Below are positions 47,791-58,046 of a DNA stretch of 64,000 nt, in pieces. This DNA comes from Cenarchaeum sp. (GTDB lineage Archaea > Thermoproteota > Nitrososphaeria > Nitrososphaerales > Nitrosopumilaceae): assembly GCA_963692915.1 (NCBI GenBank), contig OY843584.1, positions 928,001 through 992,000 on the forward strand. The letters run 5' to 3'. The position numbers and the translations under genes were made by a program. The notes below the pieces were generated by a model, which did not search any database, had not been told where the DNA came from, and was given only the letters and a program-made list of their open reading frames with translations. Position 1 is the stretch's first letter. Each line of letters begins with the position of its first letter.

Positions 47791-48603
47791 ATGAGCAACT
47801 GGGATCTCATGATGCCGGGTATGGGGCTCACGTCGATCGGCCTTGCAGGCGTCACGGTCTCCTATTCGGGCATAGCCCACACCTTTATCGACGGCATGCA
47901 TGCGCTGACTGGCCTGACGATGTTCATCGGCCTCATATTTCTCGCCGCCGGCATACTCGAGGGGGGCGTCTCGACGAGCAACAGGGCAAAGGCCACGGTT
48001 CTCGTCGTCGCCTCGATATCGCTGGCATTTGGCATGTTTGCCTTTACGCTAAACACCGTGAGCACGACGGCGACGTTTGCGGGCATACTAGTCGGCATTG
48101 CGTTTCCGGCGATCATGCTCGCATACGTGATCACAAAGATGCCAATGTATGCCAGGCCCGTGGGCACGATATTTGGGCTGGCCGCCGCGACCGGAATAAT
48201 CGCATTTGTCGCCTTTGGCCTCGTCTCGCCAGACACGTACCTCATCAACGAGGAGGAGGACGTGGCAGAGCCTGACGTGCCAGATGCTGCGCCCGCACAG
48301 CCTGATGCGCCAATTGTGGACATTTCCATATTGGAGGGCTCGGCAGTCTCAGGGGCGCCAGACTATGATCCTGACTCGATAGACGTCGAGCGCGGCAGTG
48401 TCATACGCTGGACAAACGACGACTCTATGCTGCACACCGTGACGAGTGACGGTGACTTTGGAGAGACGTTTGACTCTAGCCTCATGAACGCCGGAGAGGT
48501 GTTTAGCCTCAACACTGCCACACTAGAGCCTGGAGCGTATGAGTATATCTGCGTGGTTCATCCGTGGATGCAGTCAAGCTTTGCCATAGTCGACGGCAGC
48601 TAG
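47791..48603 (+). CDS. Multi-TM protein with C-terminal type-1 copper (cupredoxin) domain
   Basis: About 5 TM helices then WTNDDSMLHTVT and YICVVHPWM. Confidence 0.9.
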   Translation: MSNWDLMMPGMGLTSIGLAGVTVSYSGIAHTFIDGMHALTGLTMFIGLIFLAAGILEGGVSTSNRAKATVLVVASISLAFGMFAFTLNTVSTTATFAGILVGIAFPAIMLAYVITKMPMYARPVGTIFGLAAATGIIAFVAFGLVSPDTYLINEEEDVAEPDVPDAAPAQPDAPIVDISILEGSAVSGAPDYDPDSIDVERGSVIRWTNDDSMLHTVTSDGDFGETFDSSLMNAGEVFSLNTATLEPGAYEYICVVHPWMQSSFAIVDGS

Positions 48604-48759
48604 CAGGGCACCTGGCCATCGCAGAATAGGCGCGCATCCTCTGCCCACGTGGCATCGTTGATGGTTGTGCGTGTGCATGGCGTGCCCAATGTGCGGCATA
48701 TTCAGGCCAAATGCGCCACAGGGATAAAATAAAACCACATTGCCGCCAGAGGCAGAGAC

Positions 48760-49182
48760 TTGGAACCCCATGGAACCATCATAATGACCGCAGGACAGTT
48801 CGACGAGCTTGCCGACCATGCGGCAAGCTGCATGCCCAATGAGTCATGCGCGCTCTTGATCGGGCGATATGTTGCGAGAGACGCCGTGGTCGAAAAGGTC
48901 GAAGTCGTGAAAAACATTGACGCAAGGCCAGAGAGGCAGTTTAGCGTGGGGGCCGAAGAGCTCATCAGTCACTATAGGAAGGCAGAGAGTGGCGGAGCCG
49001 AGGTGGTCGGCATATTCCACAGCCATCCCACCTCTGGCATGCATCCCTCGCCCACAGACGAGCGCTACATGGAGGTAAACCCCGTCGCGTGGGTCATATA
49101 CTCGGTTCGCGATGACGATTTTTGCGCGTATGTCCGAGACGGCCATGGCAAGAGCATCGAGGTCGGCCTCGGCATGGCCTAG
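48760..49182 (+). CDS. JAMM/MPN+ metalloprotease
   Basis: PNESCALL, GIFHSHP...PSPTD. Confidence 0.9.
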   Translation: MEPHGTIIMTAGQFDELADHAASCMPNESCALLIGRYVARDAVVEKVEVVKNIDARPERQFSVGAEELISHYRKAESGGAEVVGIFHSHPTSGMHPSPTDERYMEVNPVAWVIYSVRDDDFCAYVRDGHGKSIEVGLGMA

Positions 49183-49836
49183 CGCGGACGCGCGGACGCA
49201 AGAACCCACGACGGCAGGCCACCCCTCCGCACATATGGGATCTACGGACAACGCATCCAGGGAGACGAACATACGCGTGACAGAGCGGTCAGTCAAGAGT
49301 ATAACTTCCATATATTTACGATCAAGACACGTATCGGGAGGACTCCAATCGACCCGCTTGTATTTTTGGCGGTTTTTAGTGGTATTTGTGGCCTATTTCA
49401 AATGCATAATCAACTACTGAGATCTCTCCCACATATCACTGCCAATGCACAGGAGATCACTGACCATAATATTCGAGAACGCGGTATGGATCGCAGGCAT
49501 TTCATGTAGCATAAAATTGTTGAGTTTAGGAGACACGGGATTGTCGCAATATTCAAGATGCAAGGTAATCAAACCAATATGAAATTCAATGTGCATGTTA
49601 TGAACCTGTCATGTAATGACGGCGATTCTCATTGTGTCATCTTCTACGCCTCACCGTAGATGGCAATCATATTAACAGCTATTGTGTCGTGTTACTACAT
49701 ATGTCAAGATCCCACATGACCATAATAATCCACAATAGGAACGCCATGGTGACGAAATTCCAACATCACAACAAAGATTTATGCGTATCAGAAAACAGCC
49801 AGTAAGGACGATAGTGTCCAGAATGAATAAATGCTA

Positions 49837-50574
49837 TCAACTTAGAGCAATTTTGTGACGGGTGGAAAAACATTGATCAAGATTGTTCACATCTAATCGA
49901 AATCCAGTACCATGATCATGAATCTTGCCATCGTCACGTGTACCAATACGGATATCCACATAAATGATCCGGGCCGCGAGTAAATTTAAGAATTTTTTAA
50001 AGCTAAACCCCGATAGAACATACGCCTCATTAAAGAAAAACTCTTCGTTTGTTCCCGTGCCACGAGAATCTGCACGAACATAGAGAAGTCGACGCGGATA
50101 TTTGGTCGTGAATCTGTCTTCTAAAGATTTTTTGGTCCAATACGGTGTAGGAATATTAGCGTATGGGATTTTATGCACGAGCTTTATTGCGTCGGGCAAC
50201 ATTGATATTTTAAATCCTGGTTTTTCATATAATGAGTTAAAATCATGAGCGTCAACTGTAGTATGTAGAATTTTTTGGTTATGGTGTTCGCTGCTAGGCT
50301 TGCCGTAATACTCAACAAGTTTTCTGTTGACACCACGTGGAGATGGCGATTTAGTAAACAGTGTTAACATTCCAGCAGATTTCTTTCGTTTAGATTTTAA
50401 TTCAGTCTGATCTCCGTTAGGACCAGCGATGTTATTTTCCTTGATGCCTAGTAGTGACTCAAGAGTGGCTCCAACTCCGGTATTGCCAGACCGTACTGTC
50501 TTATGATACCCCTGTTTCTTGATTCGGCGGAGGTCATTCACAATATCCTCAAACTGTCGGAGTTCTGCCAACAC
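49837..50574 (-). CDS. MvaI/BcnI-family type II restriction endonuclease
   Basis: NTGVGATLESLLGIKENN...ELKSKR, LTLFTKSP, HDHGTGFR; AT-rich. Confidence 0.85.
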   Translation of the reverse strand: MLAELRQFEDIVNDLRRIKKQGYHKTVRSGNTGVGATLESLLGIKENNIAGPNGDQTELKSKRKKSAGMLTLFTKSPSPRGVNRKLVEYYGKPSSEHHNQKILHTTVDAHDFNSLYEKPGFKISMLPDAIKLVHKIPYANIPTPYWTKKSLEDRFTTKYPRRLLYVRADSRGTGTNEEFFFNEAYVLSGFSFKKFLNLLAARIIYVDIRIGTRDDGKIHDHGTGFRLDVNNLDQCFSTRHKIALS

Positions 50575-50581
50575 ACAGCGC

Positions 50582-51904
50582 TTAGTAGGACATGATAATA
50601 ACCATTTCCCTCGTCATCGTGGCACATGTATTATTAGTAATATTTTCAGGGGCGTTTTTGGACGGCAATACTTTGTTTGGTATAGTACGCGGGATCTGCA
50701 ATATCGTCTTTAGACCATATTTTTTCCCAAGCTCAATCGTTATTTGATCGGTGGGTATGCTCACACGCCTAACCGTCCTGTTGGCAACAACAAAACAGCA
50801 ATGACTTTTGCGAGGTACAAGATTAAGAGACAGTTCGTGCATGCACCGATCTAGATCATAAAAGAACGAATACACCTCATTAGCGCGATGAGGGTTATTG
50901 TTACGTGTAATCACAAGATCATTTTTATGTACTCTGTTTAACGTTTTGTTAAGTGTAGGAGAGTCCAGATCACCAAAATCACGTTTTGTGCCACCCAGAC
51001 CATTTCTATCCACATGCAACACATCATCTAGAGGAAGATCAAGCCAGAGTCCAAGATGACGAGAAAATTGTCCGTACGCCACAGTTGTTTTATGATCTCC
51101 ATACGGAGGAGATGTCACAACCAAATGCGCTTTTTTATTGTCTAAAATTCTGGATAGAGGCGAAAACTGACTCGTAATATCCTTTGAATCTCCGCACAGT
51201 GGATAAGCGGCGCCTTTGGGACAAGCAGCCACCAGATCATTCATGCGCAATATGTTCGACTCAGAGATCTTTTGGAATATTGGCAAAGGATCTGGAGCAA
51301 ATCGTTTGCGTTCATCAATTCCCATTCTGTGTAGTTTCCAAGAGCCATTTCTTTGATAGCTCACCTTACGCGAGGTCAGAGAAAAACAGATTTTAAAAAA
51401 ATCCCTAACATCAGCATCACGCAATCGAAATAAATGGTGTCTCAGCGCAACAAGAGCATTAAGTGTAGCACGATTATACCATCCAGGCAGGTCTAAATGC
51501 TCAGGAAGTTCATCCGAGTAGAGTGTTTTACGTGATTGATCAGCTCGTGACTTGGCCAGTATATTTTCCAATGTTTTCGAAAGGTTTTTGCGCACTGCTG
51601 TGGTCTTTACTTTAGAGAGAAGCACTGCAAACGGGTTGATGTCTATGCCAATCGCAGTATTTCCCCGCAATATGGCCTCTAGGAGCACACCGCCGGATCC
51701 CATAAATGGATCAAACACCACATCATATGGGTCTTTGGCATATTTGGTGATCACGCGGCGCGCTATTTCTGGATGCATACGGGCAGGGTAGAGGTGCATT
51801 GCGTGTGTGTACTTGGTAGTGCTCTTGTTCATAAATGTCCATTCTGGTCGTGGAGATGTATGTCCAGCGGAGCGAGGAAGCGTCTGTGCGATCAGGCTTG
51901 TCAA
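50582..51904 (-). CDS. N4-cytosine DNA methyltransferase (motif I before motif IV)
   Basis: YPARM, DPFMGSGG, TSPPYGD; adjacent to the endonuclease. Confidence 0.9.
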   Translation of the reverse strand: MTSLIAQTLPRSAGHTSPRPEWTFMNKSTTKYTHAMHLYPARMHPEIARRVITKYAKDPYDVVFDPFMGSGGVLLEAILRGNTAIGIDINPFAVLLSKVKTTAVRKNLSKTLENILAKSRADQSRKTLYSDELPEHLDLPGWYNRATLNALVALRHHLFRLRDADVRDFFKICFSLTSRKVSYQRNGSWKLHRMGIDERKRFAPDPLPIFQKISESNILRMNDLVAACPKGAAYPLCGDSKDITSQFSPLSRILDNKKAHLVVTSPPYGDHKTTVAYGQFSRHLGLWLDLPLDDVLHVDRNGLGGTKRDFGDLDSPTLNKTLNRVHKNDLVITRNNNPHRANEVYSFFYDLDRCMHELSLNLVPRKSHCCFVVANRTVRRVSIPTDQITIELGKKYGLKTILQIPRTIPNKVLPSKNAPENITNNTCATMTREMVIIMSY

Positions 51905-52020
51905 CAGACCAACAACGACTCATGCGGTATATATCTATTCACAGCGAACCTAAAAGAACAAGCGCAGTATAGCGTAGAACACGATCCACGATGTGGACAC
52001 ATATGAGCGATTGTGCAACA

Positions 52021-52281
52021 TCATTCTTGTTTTGCGCATGAGCACACTATACACCGCGTAAACGTGTGAGAAGGCGCCGCGCTTTTACCCGCACCGACAA
52101 CAAATTCCTCGTATGTCATCTCGCCTGGATCGCACTCGTCGGTGCATTCCATATAGCCCCCATCATATCCGGGGTGGTTTTTGACCTCTTCCAGGAGACC
52201 ATGTGGGACATACTTGCAGAATGGCACCACGACCACAGTCTGGGTAGTTTTCCTGCAGTGAAAGCACATAGAGATGGCCAT
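52021..52281 (-). CDS. Small Cys-rich hypothetical protein
   Basis: CFHC...CTDEC...CIVC; same strand as and upstream of the MTase. Confidence 0.45.
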   Translation of the reverse strand: MAISMCFHCRKTTQTVVVVPFCKYVPHGLLEEVKNHPGYDGGYMECTDECDPGEMTYEEFVVGAGKSAAPSHTFTRCIVCSCAKQE

Positions 52282-52582
52282 ATTTCCAAATATGACGGGT
52301 AATTTTACTTAAAAGGAGGATCCCTGTCGAAATTCAATATAGAAGGCTTATAAAGTAAGGTAATAACTGTTGTGGATGGCGTAAGGGTGATGTGCCCGTG
52401 TGCTGTTTGACAACCGATGGTATGCGTGGCACCTGCGGACACGCCTATGCCGGCCTGCCACGGATCACCAGCCATATCGCTCAGCTGACTGCACGTACGC
52501 CATGAAGGGCAGTTCATGGCACATAACCAACTACTGCATTTCTGATCCAAGATATATAGCCCCATTTTTGGCAATGCGCGCA

Positions 52583-52843
52583 ATGGAAATCCACGTGTAC
52601 GACACGTACGTCAAGGCAGCAGATGGACACACAATGCACTTTGACGTCATAACCAAGGAAAAGAACCACGACAAGGCAATCGAGTACGCCAAGGAGTGGC
52701 TCTCAGCCGTTGGCGAGGGCGACTCAAAGGTGACTACCGAAGAGTGCAGCTTTTGCCACTCGCAGGGAGCCCCCGAGCCCGTAGAGAAGGCCATAGCGGA
52801 GAAGGGGTACTTTATCCAAAAGATGGAAGGCTGCCCACAGTAG
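52583..52843 (+). CDS. DUF2024-family protein
   Basis: VYDTYVKAADGHTMHFDV, ECSFCHSQ, GYFIQKMEGC. Confidence 0.85.
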   Translation: MEIHVYDTYVKAADGHTMHFDVITKEKNHDKAIEYAKEWLSAVGEGDSKVTTEECSFCHSQGAPEPVEKAIAEKGYFIQKMEGCPQ

Positions 52844-52865
52844 GCGCCTCCACCCACATTTTTTC

Positions 52866-54911
52866 CTATATTGTTGGAAGCGGCACGATGGCCACAAACG
52901 TGGACACGAAGACTATTGCTATCGTGTTTAGGAGCTTTATGACCGTGTTTAGCGCCGGACCGGCAGTGTCCTTGTAGGGATCGCCGATAACGTCACCGAC
53001 CACGGCGACCTTGTGCTCCTCGCTGCCCTTTTGGCCGTTCATCTCGACGAGCTTTTTGGCATTGTCCCAGGCGCCGCCCGTGTTTGCGAGGTGGTACGCA
53101 AGCACTATACCGGTGACGACGGAGCCCATGAGGAGGCCGGCTACGGCCGTGGGTCCGAGGAGCACGCCGAGTGCGATCGGCGCGACGATGGCAATTACGG
53201 CAGTCTTCCAGAGCTCCTTTAGCGAGGCGACAGTCGCAATGTCGACGCATCGCGCATAGTTTGGCTTTGACGTGCCGGCCAATATGCCCGCATCGGCCTT
53301 GAACTGGCTTCGGACCTCGTCGACCATGCGAAATGCCGCGCGCGAGACGCCGCTGATGAGCTGCCCCGTGATGAGAAACGGCAATAGGCCGCCGACGAGA
53401 AGGCCGATGATCACCGTCGGGCTAGTCAGGGTGTAGTTTAGCGCCGTGTGGAACACCTCGGCGGCCTCGAACTGGAACGCCTGTATCATGGCTAGTGCGG
53501 CGAGGCCGGCACTGGCGATCGCAAATCCCTTGGTCACAGCCTTTGTCGTGTTGCCGACTGCGTCGATCTTGTCTGTCACCTTGCGGCGCTCCTCGCTCAT
53601 TCCAGTCATCTCTACGATCCCGCCCGCATTGTCTGCGATCGGCCCAAAGGCGTCAATGCTGAGCACGATTCCGGCAAGGCTCAGCATCGACATTGCCGTG
53701 AGCGACGTGCCAAATATCCCATAGAGCAGTGCGCTCTCGGCATCGGGGGCCGCTGAGGCCGACACGGCAAACGACAGGATGATCGCCACGATAAGCGCGA
53801 TCATGAACGGTCCGGTTGACTTCATTCCCTTGATGATTCCCATGAGAATGAGTGACGCGTATCCCCACTTGGCAGACTCGGCTATCTCCCTCACTGCACC
53901 ATAACGATAGCTCGTATAGCTGTCAGTTATCTTTTGTATTACGGGAACTAGCGCGACGCCGATGATGGTTGACGCAAAGAGCGCCATCGAGGCGTCCGAG
54001 TCCCCAAGAAACATCGACGTTAGCACATAGTTTAGCGCGACGGCGACGGCCGCTGACACATAGAATGCCTTGTTGAGCGGCCCCATGACGTCATCCATTC
54101 CGCCCTTTGCGCGAATTGTCGCAACGCCGACCATCGAGGCGAGCATTCCAGACGCACCAATGAGTATCGGGTACAGCGCGTACTCGGTGAGGCCGATGAG
54201 CGCGGCGATGAGTATCGAAGCCAGCATTGTCACAATGTACGACTCGTAAATGTCCGAGCCCATGCCGGCCGCATCGCCGACGTTGTCGCCGACATTGTCC
54301 GCAATGGTAGCGGGGTTTCGCGGGTCATCCTCGGGAATGTTGGCCTCAACCTTGCCGACGAGGTCTGCGCCCATGTCAGCAGCCTTTGTGTATATGCCGC
54401 CGCCAATCCTCATAAACAGTGCAATGAGGCTAGCGCCTATGCCGACTCCGGCGATGGTTATGGGGTCAGGATAGACATAGTACAGGAGCGCCATGGCAAG
54501 CAGGGCCATCGCCGGCACGGCCAGACCCACGGTGGCGCCCCCGCGAAACGCGAGGACGAACGTCTTGCCCAGGCCGCCCTCTGTGGCGTTGGCCGAGCGC
54601 ACGGCGGCCTTTACCGTTATCTTTAGCGATATGAGGCCAGAGACTGCCGAGAGCGTCGCGCCGACGGCAAAGGCTATCCCGTTGGACGCCCCGATAAAGT
54701 AGCCTATTATGACGGCCATGCCTATCGATATAGGCACGATTATCTTCATCTCACGCCTAAGAAAGGCCGACGCGCCGACGCGCACGGCCTCGGATATCTC
54801 CATCATCTCCTTTGTGCCGGCCTTTTGCTTCACGACCCAGGCGGCAAAGCCGGCTGCCATGGCAAACGACGCCACCGCTGCGATGACGGGTAGGAGCTCG
54901 TAGGCGTCCAT
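52866..54911 (-). CDS. hppA: Membrane pyrophosphatase, K+-independent type
   Basis: GGGIYTKAADMGADLVGKVE, DNVGDNVGD, GNTTKA, GDPYKDTAGP. Confidence 0.95.
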   Translation of the reverse strand: MDAYELLPVIAAVASFAMAAGFAAWVVKQKAGTKEMMEISEAVRVGASAFLRREMKIIVPISIGMAVIIGYFIGASNGIAFAVGATLSAVSGLISLKITVKAAVRSANATEGGLGKTFVLAFRGGATVGLAVPAMALLAMALLYYVYPDPITIAGVGIGASLIALFMRIGGGIYTKAADMGADLVGKVEANIPEDDPRNPATIADNVGDNVGDAAGMGSDIYESYIVTMLASILIAALIGLTEYALYPILIGASGMLASMVGVATIRAKGGMDDVMGPLNKAFYVSAAVAVALNYVLTSMFLGDSDASMALFASTIIGVALVPVIQKITDSYTSYRYGAVREIAESAKWGYASLILMGIIKGMKSTGPFMIALIVAIILSFAVSASAAPDAESALLYGIFGTSLTAMSMLSLAGIVLSIDAFGPIADNAGGIVEMTGMSEERRKVTDKIDAVGNTTKAVTKGFAIASAGLAALAMIQAFQFEAAEVFHTALNYTLTSPTVIIGLLVGGLLPFLITGQLISGVSRAAFRMVDEVRSQFKADAGILAGTSKPNYARCVDIATVASLKELWKTAVIAIVAPIALGVLLGPTAVAGLLMGSVVTGIVLAYHLANTGGAWDNAKKLVEMNGQKGSEEHKVAVVGDVIGDPYKDTAGPALNTVIKLLNTIAIVFVSTFVAIVPLPTI

Positions 54912-54948
54912 TAATGCGCGCACGCCTCTTACGCATGAATATAAACCA

Positions 54949-55326
54949 TCAATCGGCGGCGGCCCGCGTTCGCCGCCGGTAGGGCAGGAAGCGCCTTCCG
55001 GCCAGCCCGCGGCGCACAAGGCGGTTAAAGCGCCTCCCGTGCGACAGGTACGGGAACCTCATGTGAACCAGCTCGTGGACTATGGTGTTCTCGAGGGTCT
55101 TTTCGTCAGGGATCTTGCGCACGTTGATGAAGACGAGGTTCTGCTCTAGGTACGAGACGCCATAATACTTGTAGGCCGTTGTGCGCCTTCCGTCGGTGAT
55201 CTCACGCGGCATGGAGAGGACCTCGCGCGAGGTGAGCAGGACGACAGGGGCAGGAATCGAAAAGCGGGCCGAGTATATGCCGACCTTTTCAAGAATCGCC
55301 AGGCGGAGGTCGTCATCAAGCCTCAT
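54949..55326 (-). CDS. Small HEXXH zincin-like protein (SprT/YgjP-like)
   Basis: IVHELVHMRFPYLSHGRRF. Confidence 0.75.
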   Translation of the reverse strand: MRLDDDLRLAILEKVGIYSARFSIPAPVVLLTSREVLSMPREITDGRRTTAYKYYGVSYLEQNLVFINVRKIPDEKTLENTIVHELVHMRFPYLSHGRRFNRLVRRGLAGRRFLPYRRRTRAAAD

Positions 55327-55453
55327 GGCAGGCAATGCGCGTACGAGTGTATATCATCGTGGGTCAGCTCTTGCTCGTCGCCGAGTCGAGCAATGTTGAA
55401 CGCGGTTCCCGTGTTAAGTTATTATACGCGTGGGGCATCGCATGCAGAATAGC

Positions 55454-55530
55454 GCGAAGTTAGTATAGCCTGGTGGTACACCAGCTTCCCAAGCTGGGAG
55501 TCGCGGGTTCGAATCCCGCACTTCGCACCA
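55454..55530 (+). tRNA. tRNA-Gly(CCC)
   Basis: GCGAAGT/ACTTCGC stem, TTCCCAA loop, GGTTCGAATCC, encoded CCA. Confidence 0.95.
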
Positions 55531-55570
55531 TTCACATGCATTTAAAACATCACACGTTTTGGGCTTGACC

Positions 55571-56107
55571 ATGGACGAATGGGAAGCGCGCGTGGTCGTC
55601 AAGCACCTGGCCGATGAAGAGGAACGCGAGGTCGGCTCGCTCCTGCTGGACATGGGACTAGAGCTTGTCGCCGTGCATTCGCCTGTTTCGCTAAGTGATG
55701 AGAGAAACAACAGGGAGGGTGAAGTCGACCTGCTCCTCAGGCTGGGGGACACGGCGGTAATTGCCGAGGTGAGTGTGCAGAAGAGCAGAGGTTCCAAAGT
55801 AGATCATTTTTTCAGTGTGTTTGGGACAAAAGACGTGTTGGATGAATTAAAAAGAAAGCATGTGAAGATAAGAGATGCACGCAACTTTAGAAGGATTTAT
55901 TTTGATATGCATCACAGCTATAATATGAAGGAATTTGACGACATTAAAGAGCAGCTAAAGTTGGAAGGGAACTTTATGGTGCTAAAGGACGAGTTTGGCG
56001 CCATAAAAGAGTGGGTCGGCGAACGCAAGAGAACGCAGACACAGCAGCTCTTTGACGTCATGGTGTCAAGAAACGGCAATGAGGCCATATCGTGCCCCAA
56101 AGCCTAG
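55571..56107 (+). CDS. Orphan PD-(D/E)XK-like protein
   Basis: EWE...GEVDLLLRLGDTAVIAEVS; own TTTAAA at about 55541; AT-rich 3' half. Confidence 0.6.
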   Translation: MDEWEARVVVKHLADEEEREVGSLLLDMGLELVAVHSPVSLSDERNNREGEVDLLLRLGDTAVIAEVSVQKSRGSKVDHFFSVFGTKDVLDELKRKHVKIRDARNFRRIYFDMHHSYNMKEFDDIKEQLKLEGNFMVLKDEFGAIKEWVGERKRTQTQQLFDVMVSRNGNEAISCPKA

Positions 56108-56155
56108 GACGTCGGCAAGATGGTCACAGTCAGAAATTGGTAGCAAATCACTGGA

Positions 56156-56680
56156 TCATTCAGCCACCGGTTCATCATCCCTGTGTTTCATCGAGCCCAT
56201 GATGCGGCGCGCTTTATCCCTTACCCCCGCACCCACGACCACGATCACCATGCCCTCACCAGGCTGTCCATAGGCCACAACAGAGCCGTCATCGCACATG
56301 TCACATAGCGGAACCGTGAGTAGATCCTCCTCGCCATCAACGGTGATGCGCACCGGTCGCGGTGCGTCGAGTGCGGTGCGCAGCGCGCAGAGTGCGCCAT
56401 CTGATATGGTGCCTGCTGCGTTTGAGCATGACAGGGACGTTGCCGGTGAGCCGTCCGGATATGTGCGCGAGGTGCGCCTCTCGTAGCCGTCAACGACCTG
56501 CACGCCGGCCTCCATGCCAAGCTGCGCGAGGCGGCCCGTGGTCGCATCTCCGACTGCAACGACTAGCGCGCCGTCAGGAATCTCAGAGCGCACTCTTACT
56601 GCAGTGATCTCGCGATCCGGAACAAGGACTCCAAGTGGCTCCTTTAGCGCAGCACGCATGGCCTCCGGGAGGACTAGCAT
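56156..56680 (-). CDS. GTP-dependent dephospho-CoA kinase (DUF359)
   Basis: LKEPLG, VGDATT, VDGEEDLL, YGQPGEG. Confidence 0.9.
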   Translation of the reverse strand: MLVLPEAMRAALKEPLGVLVPDREITAVRVRSEIPDGALVVAVGDATTGRLAQLGMEAGVQVVDGYERRTSRTYPDGSPATSLSCSNAAGTISDGALCALRTALDAPRPVRITVDGEEDLLTVPLCDMCDDGSVVAYGQPGEGMVIVVVGAGVRDKARRIMGSMKHRDDEPVAE

Positions 56681-56690
56681 GGTGGCGCAC

Positions 56691-57848
56691 CTAGGGCGAG
56701 GCCGCCGTTCCTAGTGCCTGCCCCGCCTGCTGTGGCTGGGCAACTGGCTCGGGCTCGGCGGGCTCGGCGCCCGTAGCCTCCTCGCCGGCTGCAAGGCGCG
56801 CGGCAATGATGCTGCACTGCGCGGCGACATTCTTGGCGGCGGCCTCAAACGCGCGTGCGCTAGGCGATTCGGGATCCGTCAGCATGACAGGCTTGCCCGT
56901 GTCCGAGCCGGCCATTATCCCCGAGTTGAGCGGTATGTCCCCAAGGTTTGGTATCTTGAACTGCTCGCTTATCCTCTCGGCCCCGCCGGTTCCGAACACG
57001 CGATGGCGCTCCCCGCACTTTGTGCACTCAAATGCGCTCATGTTCTCTATAATACCGAGTATTGGCACATTGAGCTTTGTGAACATGCCAAGGGCTTTTA
57101 CTGCAACGCTGCTGGCAACTTGCTGTGGCGTGGTCACCACGAGAATTCCCGTTATTGGTATGGTCTGGGCCAGCGTGAGCGGGATGTCCCCTGTGCCCGG
57201 CGGCAGGTCCACGATAAGATAGTCAAGATCGCTCCAGTCAGTGTCCACAAGAAACTGGCGCAGTATTCCTGAGATGATCGGACCCCTGTATATGGCCGCC
57301 TGGTGCTCTTGCTCGCCAAAGAACCCAAATGACACAACGTCAATCCCGTTGGACTTTGTGGGGCGCAGCTTGTGCTTTTCCTCGTCTACCTCCATAAACC
57401 CCTCTGTGATCCCGAGCATGAGCGGTATGGACGGACCGTAAATGTCAGCGTCAAGGAGACCAACCTTTGCGCCGGTTCGTGAGAGCGCCAGTGCGAGGTT
57501 TAGCGCAACTGTAGACTTGCCAACGCCGCCCTTGCCGCTAGCCACGCCAATGATGTTCTTTACTGTCTTCATGCCCATGTCATCCTCAAGCGAGCGACCC
57601 TCCATGACCTTTGCCGTCACGTTTAGGTCGAGCTTTGAGACCCCCTCGATCTCCGAGACGGCGTTTCGCACGTCACGCTCAATGTCATCATTGAACGGGC
57701 ATGCCGGAGTCGTGAGCTCTAGCGTAAACTTTAGGTTTCCGGCATCAAGCTCTAGATCCTTTATCATTCCCATCGAGACGATATCCTTTTTCAGATCAGG
57801 GTCTATCACGGTTGCGAGCTTTTCTAGCACCTGATCAACGCCAACCAT
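56691..57848 (-). CDS. mrp: Mrp/NBP35 Fe-S cluster carrier ATPase with DUF59 N-terminus
   Basis: LTTPACP, SGKGGVGKST, DADIYGPS, DLPPGTGD, ENMS...CTKC. Confidence 0.95.
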   Translation of the reverse strand: MVGVDQVLEKLATVIDPDLKKDIVSMGMIKDLELDAGNLKFTLELTTPACPFNDDIERDVRNAVSEIEGVSKLDLNVTAKVMEGRSLEDDMGMKTVKNIIGVASGKGGVGKSTVALNLALALSRTGAKVGLLDADIYGPSIPLMLGITEGFMEVDEEKHKLRPTKSNGIDVVSFGFFGEQEHQAAIYRGPIISGILRQFLVDTDWSDLDYLIVDLPPGTGDIPLTLAQTIPITGILVVTTPQQVASSVAVKALGMFTKLNVPILGIIENMSAFECTKCGERHRVFGTGGAERISEQFKIPNLGDIPLNSGIMAGSDTGKPVMLTDPESPSARAFEAAAKNVAAQCSIIAARLAAGEEATGAEPAEPEPVAQPQQAGQALGTAASP

Positions 57849-58046
57849 GAGCAAAATTGCCGACGCACATTATTTAAAGATAGACAGATTTTCGTCACCG
57901 TTACGCGCCACAGGGCGGCACGGGTCGCGCCGTCCATGGTGCGCCATTGTACCGTACACCACGATAGTACGTGAAATCGCCGGCGTGATTTTGCGCATAG
58001 GGTGGCAAACGTTCATAAACTTTGGATCGTGCGTTGGCACAACAAG

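Noticed and set aside
31700-56150. Prophage, IS or integrative element explaining the AT-rich islets
   Set aside because: No integrase, transposase, terminal repeats or att duplications seen
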